A stretch of DNA of 63,469 nucleotides, filler included, from Octopus bimaculoides (lineage: Eukaryota): the NCBI RefSeq assembly GCF_001194135.2. It is 5 parts of 5 records of this genome, joined end to end, with 100 filler letters (N's around TTAATTAATTAA, not from the genome) between each part and the next. Parts side by side here need not be neighbours in the genome. Positions count along the whole stretch, not along the records: positions 44,379 to 59,618 come from NC_069001.1; positions 59,719 to 63,469 come from NW_026340341.1; 3 more parts are not named here. The stretch is one strand, 5' to 3'. Numbering within the stretch: the first letter of the stretch is position 1; every line of letters starts with the position of its first letter. The notes beneath the pieces are model-generated. The model had not been told where the DNA came from. It was given only the letters and a program-made list of their open reading frames with translations, and did no database searches. The translations under genes and the position numbers were made by a program. Of this stretch, positions 50,738-63,469 are shown one piece after another.

Positions 50738-52549
50738 ATGTGTGTGTGTGTGTGTGCATACATGCAGCCATATATATATGTTTTTATTTATATGTATGTA
50801 GATGTATGCGGATATGTATATGCAAATAAATTAGAATCTTTGATGCTAAAAAATCATGTATGGACAAACAGTTTATGTTATTCTCGTGAGGTTAGAGTAA
50901 AGAAAGCTTTAGTTTTGTAAAGAAGTCTTCAGTTTTGCTTGTTTTGCTTTTTAATTCAATATCATATCGCTCACAAAACGTGTATCGATACATTTAAGAT
51001 GCGTTTTCTGAGTTCGAATCCAGGTGAATACTCAATTTGAGATTTCTTCTTACAGACCGTTTCCAAAATGAAACAGTACAGTTATATACAATTTTAAATA
51101 AGCGTATAGAGTAATGCGTGTTTACAAAGCATGCTTCCCAACCATATGAGACTGGTTTCGGACCCGTGGTCTGGTGTCTTAGACTAATTCTGCAGACGAG
51201 TCTTAAGCAGACTGGTGGCTTATAAGTGGCAAAGATTGATCAAGCCTGCACAGAATCCAGTCGTAAATGTGTGTCTGTGTGTACGCGTGTCTATAGGCGT
51301 GTATTTCTTATTGTACGTACGTTTTGTAGTATGTGTCCCTCATTGGATTTCGTATTGCGATGACGTCGCTCAGTGGTTCGGTAAAGAGAATAGGTTTCCT
51401 TCGACATGATCAACTGAAATCCACCAGGGACAAATATAATATCTCCGAGGTGTAAGGGATGAAATTTTAAAAGGGGGAAATATATGATTATGCATTCAAC
51501 CACGCATACAAGTACTTACTCTCATAAGCATAAGAACACAAGTATATAAATATATATATATATATATATATACATATGTGTGTGAGAGAGAGAGAGGGAG
51601 AGTGACATAGTAGTTATTTCAGATAAATAAGGGCTGCGTTTCAAGAAGCATTGCAAATACTAACTCAAAAGGTCAACATGGTGGAAATCGAAGACACTGC
51701 ACATACGGACATGTACAAATATGATTCCTAGATCAGGTGACAATTGGAAATCAGTACACTTCTGGCACTTACAAGTATATTCTTCATTCCAGGAGAAGCC
51801 TCAACGTATTAGAGTCGCAAGCTGCACAGTCGAGATCTGAAAATATCGATCAATGACAAGGAAAACGTGTAGATACGTTAGTAATAGAACATAAAACGGA
51901 ACGAGTAATCAGGTAGATGCAAAATGTCTTCTGACTCAGACACTTATGTAAAATAACTTATGGAGAAAAAGTTATAAATTTGGATACACGATTTACTTCA
52001 ATCTAGTAACATAGTAAGGCAAAATATATGTTTATTATATCAGAGAATATGTTGTTTGTGACGTTCCGAAACATTGTCCTTTGATGCCCTCACGTACTCT
52101 GACAATTCGTGAGATAAAACTTTGTTGTAATAGTCAACTTTCTGGAAATATAACAAATACATCGACACACACACATACACACATACACACACACACACAC
52201 ACACACATACACACACACACACACACACACATGTATACATATATATGCACACATATATCTATATAGTTTATGTTCTATATATGTGTGTGTATACGTGTGA
52301 CTGTGTGTGTAATATTCTATGCTCCAAAGGCCTACTTATTCGTCATACTGTACATATTGTACTACAAATTATTCCTTGCTGAAACACTGCTATGATTCAA
52401 CTCGTTATTAGCGAAATTCCAAACAAACTAATCGGTGAATGCCATAAATAGCTTTTTCGCTATTAGCAAGGCGAAGTAAGGTGGTTTTATTTGTATTCCT
52501 TTACATTAATATTTACGATCTTTTCATCTCTGTAAGACGTCACTTCTAT

Positions 52550-53800
52550 TCATGAAAAAATAAATGCAAAAAGATCATTGAACGTATTTTCACACAAAGT
52601 CCATAGCTTTTTATTACAAGCATGCAGGCAATAAATGGAATGTTACTTTGTTACTATTATATGGAAGAATTAAAAAGTTACTGGTTTCTTTGCCATTATC
52701 TTTATGTTCGATTATCCTGCATAAATACCGTATATGAATATTGCAAGTTCTTGGAAAGAAAATGTAAGAAATGCATGCACGTATTAGAAAAGATATTTAT
52801 AATGTTGTTTTGACCTTTCTTATGTAGGCATCATTTTACATAGCAACAACATTTGTTCCATAAAAAAGGGTTTTCTATAAGAATATTGTTCCGTTAATAG
52901 GTATATTCACAAAGAAGCGCCAATGAACTAGGTAATTTGATTCCATTATCTATCTTCTGCAGAACTTTCTTTAAATCTCCTTTGCCGACTTTCATCAAAG
53001 CTTCTGGTTTCATTTCGTTTCTCTGAAAAGGATTTGCATTTTCTAGCATGAAGGCTCATCACAATTATGCAACACTCACGCTTCGGTCGTTTGATTTGAT
53101 TTTACAAATTCTGCTTTTTTTCAACAAACTGCAATTTTTTGTGGTGTGTGCACCCAGTTCTTCAAGCTGTAGGGATTCCTTCTACAATGAAATAATTCAA
53201 TCCCCTGCTTATTGGAACTGATGTTAGGACTTTCCTCACTCAAATGTATATTCAAAATATAGTGCTTGTATGAGAAACAATATTTACCCTCAGTGAACAT
53301 AGAATATCTTTGTCGTAAACGAATAATAAAAGTACCTGAATAATTGCGCTTTACATTGTACATGTTCCAATCAGTTCTAGAAAAGTCCGGAATATATCAA
53401 AATATTTTACATCATTCCTATTCACTGTCGCTTTTACTTAAGCAGCAGTCATCTTTGGTTTAATAACCTCTTCAGTTACGTTCTCCAGAAGTAATATAAC
53501 AAGGAGTACGTAATTTTGCATGTCTCTATTCCTCTTAAGACGTTGTGTTGTGAATTTTCGCAAAATTCATTGTTTCAAAATTATCACGTACAATTCGAGA
53601 GAGTATTTTTATTTCTACTTGTTATATATCCAAATTCTACAAATATTCAGTGTGTGCTATTTAAAAAAGAATTACATGATACAGAAATTCTCGGAATATA
53701 CTTTTTTTTTTATCAATGAACTGATTCTCCCGAATGCTTTCTGAACGAGGTTGGAAGGAAATGTGTAATTAGTTTTTTAAAACACTTTCACTTCAAAATG
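52550..53800 (-). mobile_element. Highly decayed piggyBac-like (PGBD) transposase
   Basis: Minus-strand peptide pieces appear in the expected order: RDNFETM...AKLRTP (cf. RDRFETI...SKLRPL), GKYCFSYKHY (cf. GYICWFQPY) and EALMKVGKGD (cf. ALKKKERG). Many stops; no TTAA or TIRs resolved. Confidence 0.45.
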
Positions 53801-54799
53801 CAACGTCATCCAAATTGACAGTTTTTGGAATTTCTTTATTTGTAAAAGTAGATGGGAGTATTTACTTGATGAATTTTCTTCAGAACAACATTTCTTGTCT
53901 GAGATAAGCATATTTAGAGCTTATCTATGCTGCTTCATTTCTAAAGTACAGAATGTTCTTAAAATTACTTACTATTTAAAAAGTATTCAAACATCAGATC
54001 TATATTTTGCTTGTTGATTTAACTCACTAAGCTGACAGGTTACATACCAGTCGTTCATAACTATAAGTAGGCAATCAAAACATTTCGTAGCTTAATTTCA
54101 GGTGAAAGAGACATTTTAAGGGATAATATTCATAATCCTTATACTTCTGTTGTTACTATTTTTTCACCTAGTTAATATTACTTTCGTCTGATATATTCTT
54201 TAACTGCTAAAGACGATGTACAACACTACACGCCCACATGAATATGAAGTTATGTCGATAACATTCCGAAAGTAGTATTGACTAATAAATGGAAATTTAA
54301 TATGGAAATAATATATTAACGGTTTCATATTTTGGCATAATGCCAGCAATTTGAAGGAAGAAGGAGGTATGTCGTTTACAGCATCTGAAGTACTTGACTG
54401 GTACTTATTTTATTGACCAAAGAAAGATGAAAGGCAATGTTAACCACTGCGGCATTTGAATTCAGAACGTAAACATTCGGAAGAAATTCCGCTAGGCATT
54501 TTGTGGTAATAATAATGATAATAATGATAATAATAATCCTGACGATGATGCTGAATTCAATAACAGTTTCAAATTTTGCCATAGGGGCAGTAATTTTGTG
54601 GAAGGGAATGAGTCGATTACATAGACTTGCAGTGTTCAACTGGTGCTTATTTTACTGACCCCGAAAGAATGAAATGTAAAGTCAACCTCGGCGGAATTTG
54701 AACTAAGAACGTAGCGACGGGGGAACACCACTAAGCATTTCGTTCGGCGCGCTAACGATTCTGCAAGCACGCCGCCTTATGATGATGATATGATTGTTT

Positions 54800-55560
54800 C
54801 ATGGAATAAACTGAGAACGTTGGAAATAAGGAATACCGGCTCTGACTGACGGACGGGAACTTGAAACGAGAGACTGAAACGCTAATTATAACCGCTCAGG
54901 AACAAGACATTAGAACAAATATGATAAACACAAAGCTCGATTCAACTCATTCATACAGCAGTTGTTCGTGTGCTGTAAGGGAAACGAAACCATCAATCCC
55001 CTTTTGAGTGAATCAGTGTGGTATTCTAACATAAAGCGAGTATAAGAGTAGGAGTGCATTTATAGACAAAAGAGTGTATTAGGATGTTAGCCGAGTGTTT
55101 GCACATAACAGGAAAGTATTATGAAGACGAACAAGAGCTTTTGTTAGGAAATGAGAATTACAGGATGTTGTGGGACTTCCCCATAGATTGAACCTCATAA
55201 TGACTGATCCAATTATTGAAGCAAGAACACCAGTTATGATTGCAGAGGAGAATAGAAACAAATAGCGTAGATCAGACTTTGATAGCAGAGTCGATACCAA
55301 AGAAAGTGAAAAAGTGAGAAATTTCAGGATCTATCCAGCGAGTTGAAGAGACCGTGGGAAACCAAGGCATCAATTGGTGCATGGGCACAAAACCCCAAAA
55401 TGATACCTAAATGATTGAAACAGAGTGAAAATGAAACTCTCATTGTCCATCTGCAAATAAGTACCTTCCTATAGTCTGCAAGATCCCCAAGGAAGATTCT
55501 CAAAATTTGAGGTGACCTCAAGAAAAAAATACCTGCGAACTAAATTAACATATACTAGTA
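54800..55560 (+). mobile_element. R4/Dong-like non-LTR retrotransposon 3' fragment (zinc finger plus restriction-like endonuclease)
   Basis: Encodes WLTDGNLKRETETLIITAQEQDIRT, C..C..NETI, SEYKSR and KESEKV..FQDL..ELKRPW...IGA. Flanked by (GAT)n and TAA-rich sequence. Confidence 0.65.
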
Positions 55561-57288
55561 TAGTAGTAATAATCACAATATTAATAATAAGTTAATTAAT
55601 TACATAATGTATAAACGCATCCATTTTTTTCAATACTAAGTTGTTTAGTTCTAAGTCATTCCTCCTTAGTCAGGTGATCTCATCTTTTCAAACATATCAA
55701 AATGTACGTCTTTATAAATATTCATAGTTGGAAACAAAGTATCAAATATATCAGAATGCTTTCTTGCATATTTAGTCCAATGAGATATTAACTGTACATT
55801 AACTAAGGTTATACTTCAATTCGTGAGAGGGGAATAACTATCCTATAATTAATGCTAACCACGAAAAAAACTCAAACCCGCGGATTTTAATATAATTAAA
55901 AATAATTAGAAACGTTATGCAAAAGATATAATTGGTAGTAGGATGACAAAACTGAACATTGTTTACAGCATCCATTGTGTTCGATCATTGTGCTAATGTA
56001 AAAGTGATCTTGGAGCTTGAGGGTGATATGTTTGCCATTTCTTGAAGTTTGAGCGACGCCGTAATTTAAGATTTATTTATCAATATATCTAATTTCGTGA
56101 ATTCAAGGGGTTCTGAAGGTTGGTTTGAGAAAGAAATATTCTTTTACCGTTTGAGGGAGATACGCCTACTATTTTTGGAATGTTGAATGGCTCTATAGAA
56201 GCTCCGCTGTTAGATCTAAAATACGATAAACGAAGACAAGAGAGTATTCTGGCAAATAATCTTAATCCAAATAAGGTATAACTAAACTGCACATTTAGTT
56301 CCTTGCGAGCAGGAAAGGAATTGATGCGATTAAGTGTTTGCAACATCGTTTCAAATATTTCATTTAAACAATGAATCTCTGAGAAAAAATTCTATACAAA
56401 CGTAACCGAAGTAATAAATTTAGCATTGAGAGAAAATTAACTACAATTAATTCTTTATTCAAGATTCAATCTTTTACACATTTAGTTTTCCTTTGTTGTA
56501 TTTGAAGTGATTCGAATTTCTATTGTTATATTTCATCCATATTTTAGCTTATAATTAAACTTCTCTGCCATTTAGTTAGCCATCAGTAAAATATATATTG
56601 AATTATTATTTCAATCAAGATATGAATCAGTTATCTTTTTATTCCTCTTTTATTTCTTTCATATTTTCAACTGTCAGTATCTTCACTGTTCGACAATATG
56701 TTATCAGAAGATGGTATCAATTGTTTTCGTTAATTTAGCTATAATTAAGTTGTAAATAGACAGCGGCAACATTCGGCGGAGTTGGTGGCTTCCGTCCAGT
56801 TGATATACGTGAAATACAAGTGTTATGTGTTTGCATCGTGTTGCATCTACGTATGTGAATTTTCATTGTATATGTCTTTGTGTGTATGCATATATGTATG
56901 TATTTATTTATGTATGTATATATTTAGGTATGTACGTACGTAGTATGGATGGATGGTTGTTTGTATGCTTAGATGTATATATTTTGTTGGTATGTATGCT
57001 TGTATGTATCTATGAACGAATGTGTGTGTAGATAGATAGGATTATGGGCTTGGCGTGTATATATGTATGTATGTATGCATGGGTATATGTATGCTTCTGT
57101 TCATGCTTATGCATATGTATGTCGGTATGTATGCATATATGTCGTCCGTTGTTTAGCAGCAAGGGGTTTTGATCAATTAAACATTTTCTAAAATATATGT
57201 CTCATCTTACAGTTCTATATTTTAGAGATGAGGAATTATGTACATTATTTACATTTGACAGATATTTGTCCTCATCTTGTTTGTCATT

Positions 57289-57334
57289 AGCACAACGTTT
57301 CGCTTATATACTCTCCAGCCTTCATCAGGTGTCT
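57289..57334 (-). ncRNA. Minimal hammerhead-like motif (left arm)
   Basis: Reads agacac-CTGATGA-aggctg gagagtatat aagc-GAAAC-GTT|gtgct. The core is intact; stems I and II each carry a lesion. Confidence 0.5.
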
Positions 57335-57386
57335 TGGGGAAATTTCGAACCTTAGGAATGAGAACCCAGGTTCAAAATTTCCCCAA

Positions 57387-57432
57387 AGCACATGCCGAAG
57401 GCTGGAGAGTATATCAGCCGAAACGTTATGTT
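57387..57432 (+). ncRNA. Minimal hammerhead-like motif (right arm), core mutated
   Basis: Reads agcac-ATGCCGA-aGGCTG gagagtatat CAGCC-GAAAC-GTT|atgtt. Stem II is perfect but the CUGANGA box is damaged. Confidence 0.35.
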
Positions 57433-59460
57433 AACAACAAACAAGATGAGGACAAATATCCGTCAAATATAAATAATGTAAATAATGTCACATCTTATCC
57501 ACCACATTTTGAGCTTCGTGTTTACTTGATAAATTCTTAGAAATCAGTGAACTGGAAGAATCACCAATGCACCGAATAAAATCTGTTTCATCAGAGTTTT
57601 CTGCTGTCTACGCAGTGAGTTCAAACTTGAGGAGTTCGATTACCTTCTTATATTATCTGGATCTAAAATCACTGATCTAGAACTCGTCTGTTGCGTTTTA
57701 TGTGTCGCACACTTTTGCGTTTTACCTGAAATGTAATGGTATAAATTTGACACAATCATTGGGAATTAGAATTAGATTTGTATTAACCATTTTTTTACAG
57801 TTCTCAGCAATTTACAACTTAGCGTTATGTGTATCCTGTGATGCGCAAGACACATTTTCCGGGCGCCAATACATTCCTATATGATACACATTCCCAAATG
57901 TTTTTGCATCAAACAGAGAAACTTGCGACATGTGTAGTAAATTCCTTATATTACTCAGAACTTTAGAAAATTGACAAAGGATTTATTTCTCGAGTCGTTA
58001 TATTTATCTCAAATAATAATTTCAAATTTTGGCACAAGGACAAGTTTGGGGCAGTTACATTGAACCCAGGGTTCAAATGGTATTTTATCAACACCGAAAT
58101 GGTGAAAGGCAAAGTTGACCTCGACGGAATTTGAACTCAGAACATGAAGACGCACGAAATACTACTAAACGTTTCCCCCAGTGTGCTACCGATTCTACCA
58201 GCACACTGTCTTACTTCAAAATACTGAATCCTCATATTCGAAACGGGTGCAGAATCTATCGCAAAAGATTTGTCATTAATTTTATGACGGTGGGGGAATC
58301 TGACGAGACTCATCATATTATAGTTTGGCATCTGACACTAATACAATTTCAAGTATATATAAACCCACTGTATTTTTCTGTCAGAATGGCAGTAAACCTT
58401 CTACTTTTGTCAATATAATTAAATTTGCCATTTTCTATGTCAACAAGAGAGAGAATTTAAAACGGTGACCCTTATGCGCGCTGTTGCATCCATAAGTATG
58501 TGTACTTCGTATATATGGTTACTAAAGAATCAGTATTAAGTATTGCATTATTTGTTCACACCACTGAATTTGAGTAATCCCGTTACTCTACCATCTTTTA
58601 ATATCAACACTGTTGTTGTTGCTGCTGCTGTTGTTACTTGTATTACCGTTGCTATTTACGTTATTGATTTTGTTTACGCAAAATTTTTAAGTCATATCAT
58701 TTCTTTAAACAACTCCCACGCACACAGGCACACACACGTACACAATATCCTTATTTTTCAATTTACATTCTCCGATTCAGCTAAACCAGTTTTTCTCATC
58801 TTAACCAATTGCTTATTGACCCCTTTGATTCTTATTTCACTCTGCTGGACCCTGTAACATTTTATGTTTAAAAACAAGCATATTGCATTATTACAATTAA
58901 ATATTATAAAGAGGTAAAAGGTAGTCTCCCATAGGATTGCACCTGGAAAATTCCCCCGGAGGCAAGCCATCACTCAACGATCTAGCTACTGAGTCACACG
59001 CCTTCACAACATACATTATTAGTAATTGTATCTAAAAATTCTTAACATTCAAGAACATAATCTTATATAGACCCGCCCCAGTATCATATGACCCCCAGTG
59101 TAGAACCACTGATCAAAACATTCCCTTCTCAACCTTACATATACTCCTTGTTTACGTGCCTGCATACACTCCCTAGAGTAAATTACTTTTATAATATACA
59201 TTCTCTGTGTTATGACTTCTAGGAATCCATAAATTTCGTCGCGACATTTAATACAAACATTAAGTCTAAATCGTTCTCTGATTTCAATAAATTTAAAACC
59301 TCCTGATTCCTAAAGCTTCACGTGATTGAACATACAATTACATCAGTGGTTCGTCTACGTTCTTTTCTGGAAAGAACTACATTGAGCGATGCAAAACGTC
59401 CTTTTCTAAAAATTCATTTACAATTATATTTATGTATATACATACATATACATGTGTGTG

Positions 59461-59514
<54 letters not shown>

Positions 59515-59567
59515 TATATATGTGTGTATGTATATATATATATATATATATTATATATGTGTGTATG

Positions 59568-59601
<34 letters not shown>

Positions 59602-59618
59602 TATTATATATGTGTGTA

Positions 59619-59718
59619 NNNNNNNNNNNNNNNNNNNNNNNNNNNNNNNNNNNNNNNNNNNNTTAATTAATTAANNNNNNNNNNNNNNNNNNNNNNNNNN
59701 NNNNNNNNNNNNNNNNNN
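59619..59718. other. Artificial scaffold-join spacer
   Basis: 44N-TTAATTAATTAA-44N. Confidence 0.95.
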
Positions 59719-59965
59719 TGATGATGATGATGATGAAGATGAAATTGGTTTTAAATTTTGGTTCACGGCCGGTAATTTCAGAGGAGGAGATAAGTTGGAC
59801 ACACTGAGCTCAGCGTATTACTGGTACTTAATTTATCGACCCCCGAAAGGATGAAAGCAAAGTTGACCTCTGCGGAATTTGAGCGGACGAAATGCCGCAA
59901 GGCATATTGCCAGGCGTGCTAAAGATACTGTCAGCTTCCCCCTTTAATAATAATAATAATTTTTT

Positions 59966-60267
59966 TATGCGCCCTTTTAAAGCCTAGCCAGGCTCATGGA
60001 CCCGTTTTCCAGGTTTCTATGGCGTATGTGTTTCCCCCAGCTGGACGGGACGCCAGTCCATCACAGCGTTACTGAAGAAACAACAAGAAAGAATGAATGT
60101 TGGGTCGAAAGGGTGTAACAGGAGTCGCCACCACACCCTGCCGGAGCCTCGTGTAGCTTCAGATGTTTTCGCTCAATAAACACACACAACACCCGGTCTG
60201 GGAATCGAAACCGCGATCTTCCGACTGCGATCCCGCTGCTCTAACCACTGGGCCATTGGGTCTCCAC
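59966..60267 (-). mobile_element. tRNA-derived SINE with a V-domain-like core
   Basis: The minus strand has A box TGGCCCAGTGG, B box GGTTTCGATTCCC and central gatggactggcgtcccgtccag, which resembles the V-SINE domain as I recall it. Confidence 0.7.
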
Positions 60268-60272
60268 AATGC

Positions 60273-60314
<42 letters not shown>

Positions 60315-61138
60315 NNNNNNNNNNNNNNNNNNNNNNNNNNNNNNNNNNNNNNNNNNNNNNNNNNNNNNNNNNNNNNNNNNNNNNNNNNNNNNNNNNNNNN
60401 NNNNNNNNNNNNNNNNNNNNNNNNNNNNNNNNNNNNNNNNNNNNNNNNNNNNNNNNNNNNNNNNNNNNNNNNNNNNNNNNNNNNNNNNNNNNNNNNNNNN
60501 NNNNNNNNNNNNNNNNNNNNNNNNNNNNNNNNNNNNNNNNNNNNNNNNNNNNNNNNNNNNNNNNNNNNNNNNNNNNNNNNNNNNNNNNNNNNNNNNNNNN
60601 NNNNNNNNNNNNNNNNNNNNNNNNNNNNNNNNNNNNNNNNNNNNNNNNNNNNNNNNNNNNNNNNNNNNNNNNNNNNNNNNNNNNNNNNNNNNNNNNNNNN
60701 NNNNNNNNNNNNNNNNNNNNNNNNNNNNNNNNNNNNNNNNNNNNNNNNNNNNNNNNNNNNNNNNNNNNNNNNNNNNNNNNNNNNNNNNNNNNNNNNNNNN
60801 NNNNNNNNNNNNNNNNNNNNNNNNNNNNNNNNNNNNNNNNNNNNNNNNNNNNNNNNNNNNNNNNNNNNNNNNNNNNNNNNNNNNNNNNNNNNNNNNNNNN
60901 NNNNNNNNNNNNNNNNNNNNNNNNNNNNNNNNNNNNNNNNNNNNNNNNNNNNNNNNNNNNNNNNNNNNNNNNNNNNNNNNNNNNNNNNNNNNNNNNNNNN
61001 NNNNNNNNNNNNNNNNNNNNNNNNNNNNNNNNNNNNNNNNNNNNNNNNNNNNNNNNNNNNNNNNNNNNNTATATATATAAATATATGTATATGCATATAT
61101 ACATACTTATATGTACATATATGTACATATATCTATAC

Positions 61139-61184
<46 letters not shown>

Positions 61185-63160
61185 GCATATGTGGGCACAG
61201 GACGTCACGAAACGTGTACAAAAAAATACGAAGCACCAGTCAGTACATGGAACATGAACTATTCTTTCAAACAACGAAAGACACAAATGGAAAAACAAAA
61301 CAAACAACATAAAGAACGACCCTTCATCAGTTATTGTCTGTTTTTCTAGTTTCGTATATTGAGCATTTAACAACAATATGCGCTTTCGATAAAACAGTTG
61401 CTCCCGCAAAGCAAATTGAATAAAATTTGTGATTTTGCGGGGGGGGAGGGGTCAAAATTGGTAACACAAACAGGACGAGGTTGTGGTGGCCGACGCGTAA
61501 ATCAAGCTAAGACAGGAGACAAACAAGAACACGTCTTCCTTGTTCCAGCTACAACGGAGTGAAAGAAAGAAAAATGGCCGATGGTCACGTGGGAACCACG
61601 TGAGCAAGGGAGGAGGAGTGAGGGAAAGAGAGTGACAGAGTAATAGAATAGAATAGTGGGAGAAGAGGAGGTAAAAGAAAAAGAGAGAGAAAACGAGAGA
61701 AAAACGAAGATATATGTATGCATGTATGTATGTATGTATGTATGTATGTAATATATATACATAGGATCCGAATCTAATATCTCTGTCGAGGACTAATTTA
61801 AAATCAACCAAGGAACTCCACAAACCCTGGATTATCCCAATTGCAAAAAATAAACTCCCTCATCCCTCCTTTTTCTAGTTACTTCTAGGGCCATTCAATC
61901 TGACCACAGTCACCATTTTCGACTATTGTTTGCTAAATTATTGGAGGACAGTACTTCTTTTTCTAACACCACCGTTTTTTCTGCCCTCACCAACATCTCT
62001 ATCCTCGCCGTCCCCTTCAAAATAACCGCCCGATCTACCCTTAACGTTCTCTCCAACCTCGCTGTGTCCTATATCCTTACCGTGCCCTCCATCATCACCG
62101 CTATCTCCGATTTCACTGTCCTCTCTATAATATTAATTTTGTAAGAGAAATATTGTTGAACGATGCTTATCAGAGACATTATGAATATTGAGCTTCTCAA
62201 CTAAACATTGTGTGCAATAAAGCTTTCAAATGAACAGTACGTATGTATGTATGTATGTATGTATGTATGTATGTATGTATGTATGTGTGTCTCTCCGGTT
62301 TTTAATACATACTTTACTTTTAGATTTGAAAAAATATTTACATTTTGACTGATATTCCGCCTTTCATTTGACTAATTCCTTTTCGATCAATTTATCTTTC
62401 GATCAAACGCTTTTTAAAATTTTAAAAAAAATTCATCTTATGCTAGAATATGTATTTCTACGAATATACCATTCGGCCAACTTTACTTTCGAACAATATA
62501 CCATCCACTAAGCTGTATTCCGAGGAATAAGTTTGTAGATTCCTTTATATACCTGGTATATAAGTACGCAATATTTTCTATTGAGTTTATAATTCCGTTA
62601 TGTGGTTTTCTTCGAATGTCTGTTTCTTGGAATATATCCCTTACGAATATATCACTCAGCCAATTTCCCACTCGGGTACTATGCTTTCGATGAATAATTA
62701 TTTGAAGGAGTATGTCCTTAAATTATCTCATATGTTAAACAAATAAATAAATCACGTCTCCTTAATTCGTTGTCTTTTTCTTCGTGTTTTAATAATCTAA
62801 TCCCAGGAAGAAAAAGAAAGATGGACAGAAAGATTTCATGGGTTTCGGAGACCTTATGAGGCAGATGAAGTCGATAGAATTGATTGACCCGTGAGTATAA
62901 CGCAGTGCATTGCAAAACGCAGCAAGGGCATTCTGAATAATGAACGGATTTGCAGGCACCAACGTGTCTCGACAAACGGTTCGCAAGTGAAATTTGGTAG
63001 TCAGTATCTGCACCTTGGCGTCGAGTACATACATACATACATACATACATACATGCATACATACATACATGCATACATACATGCATGCATACATAGATGC
63101 ATGCATAATACATGCATACATACATGCATACATACATAGATGCAAACATACATATCCAGA

Positions 63161-63336
63161 GCAACAAGCATATCCAGAAGTAATGCAGTACGATCGTTTC
63201 ATGCAACTCCATTTAATTGAACAATCATTGCATCAATTTAAAATGCAGATGTAAATTGATGTAATGATTACATTGTTCAATTAAATGGAGTTACTTGAAA
63301 TGATCGTACTGCATTATCTCTGGATATCCTTGTTGC
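63161..63336. repeat. ~175-bp near-perfect palindrome (MITE-like hairpin)
   Basis: gcaacaagcatatccagaagtaatgcagtacgatc...ctccatttaattgaacaat pairs with attgttcaattaaatggag...gatcgtactgcattatctctggatatccttgttgc. The inner arm cattgcatcaattta pairs with taaattgatgtaatg. Confidence 0.85.
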
Positions 63337-63469
63337 TTATTTTGANNNNNNNNNNTAATACATGCATACATACATGCATACATACATAGATGCAAACATA
63401 CATATCCAGAGCAACAAGCATATCCAGAAGTAATGCAGTACGATCGTTTCATGCAACTCCATTTAATTG

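Larger units (their letters stand above)
57240..57481. repeat. Head-to-head inverted duplication of a hammerhead-bearing repeat end
   Basis: 57240-57352 is similar to the reverse complement of 57368-57481, with a ~15-nt spacer. Confidence 0.9.

Noticed and set aside
55900-56400. ORF 56089-56346 and the opposite-strand frame LLPFEGDTPTIFGMLNG
   Set aside because: No recognisable family or splice context; probably decayed repeat.
60200-60267. tRNA gene (also 3574-3635 and 6069-6140)
   Set aside because: A and B boxes are present, but I found no complete cloverleaf and each runs into a SINE body or other repeat.
12208-61312. Long ORFs of 150-440 aa containing X runs
   Set aside because: Their length comes from N gaps.
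61300-61360. Third hammerhead (CTGATGA on the minus strand at about 61324-61330, with GAAAC nearby)
   Set aside because: I could not build stems I-III or an NUH site in a valid topology.
61780-62144. Hydrophobic ORF 61926-62144
   Set aside because: It arises from a pyrimidine-skewed repeat-like tract, has a non-ATG start and shows no motif.
8-63254. Many ORFs rich in MYVC, YIYI, HTHT, CVCV or ERER
   Set aside because: They are translations of (TATG)n, (TA)n, (CA)n and (GA)n microsatellites, with no coding evidence.
63356-63469. Tandem duplication of 63107-63218
   Set aside because: It flanks a 10-N gap and is most likely an unmerged contig overlap.

Overview
AT-rich, microsatellite-dense animal genomic DNA. 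It is most likely octopus; this is inferred from the SINE families and repeat landscape and was not verified by a search. The window is not one contiguous locus. Four identical 100-bp spacers (44 N + TTAATTAATTAA + 44 N) split it into five segments: 1-23803, 23904-35644, 35745-44278, 44379-59618 and 59719-63469. There are also many ordinary N gaps. Two host genes are supported: two internal exons of a p38 MAP kinase (MAPK14-like; 24571-24629 and 29235-29346, + strand) and an intact, intronless mitochondrial monothiol glutaredoxin (GLRX5-like, 40706-41143, +). The rest is mostly transposon debris: Tx1/L1, CR1, RTE and R4/Dong LINEs, Penelope-like elements, a Ty3/Gypsy remnant, Tc1, hAT, piggyBac-like and Merlin-like DNA elements, and several tRNA-derived SINE families. 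The most interesting signals are minimal type-I hammerhead ribozyme motifs, one in a ~370-bp insert flanked by 32-bp direct repeats and two as a head-to-head inverted pair. Also notable are a Penelope RT cleanly split by a 3.5-kb hAT element with an 8-bp TSD, the intronless GLRX5 just downstream of an LTR element, and several long hairpin elements. Most ORFs in the supplied track are artefacts of simple repeats or N runs. TE boundaries without a stated TSD or TIR are approximate, and all counts and alignments were made by eye.
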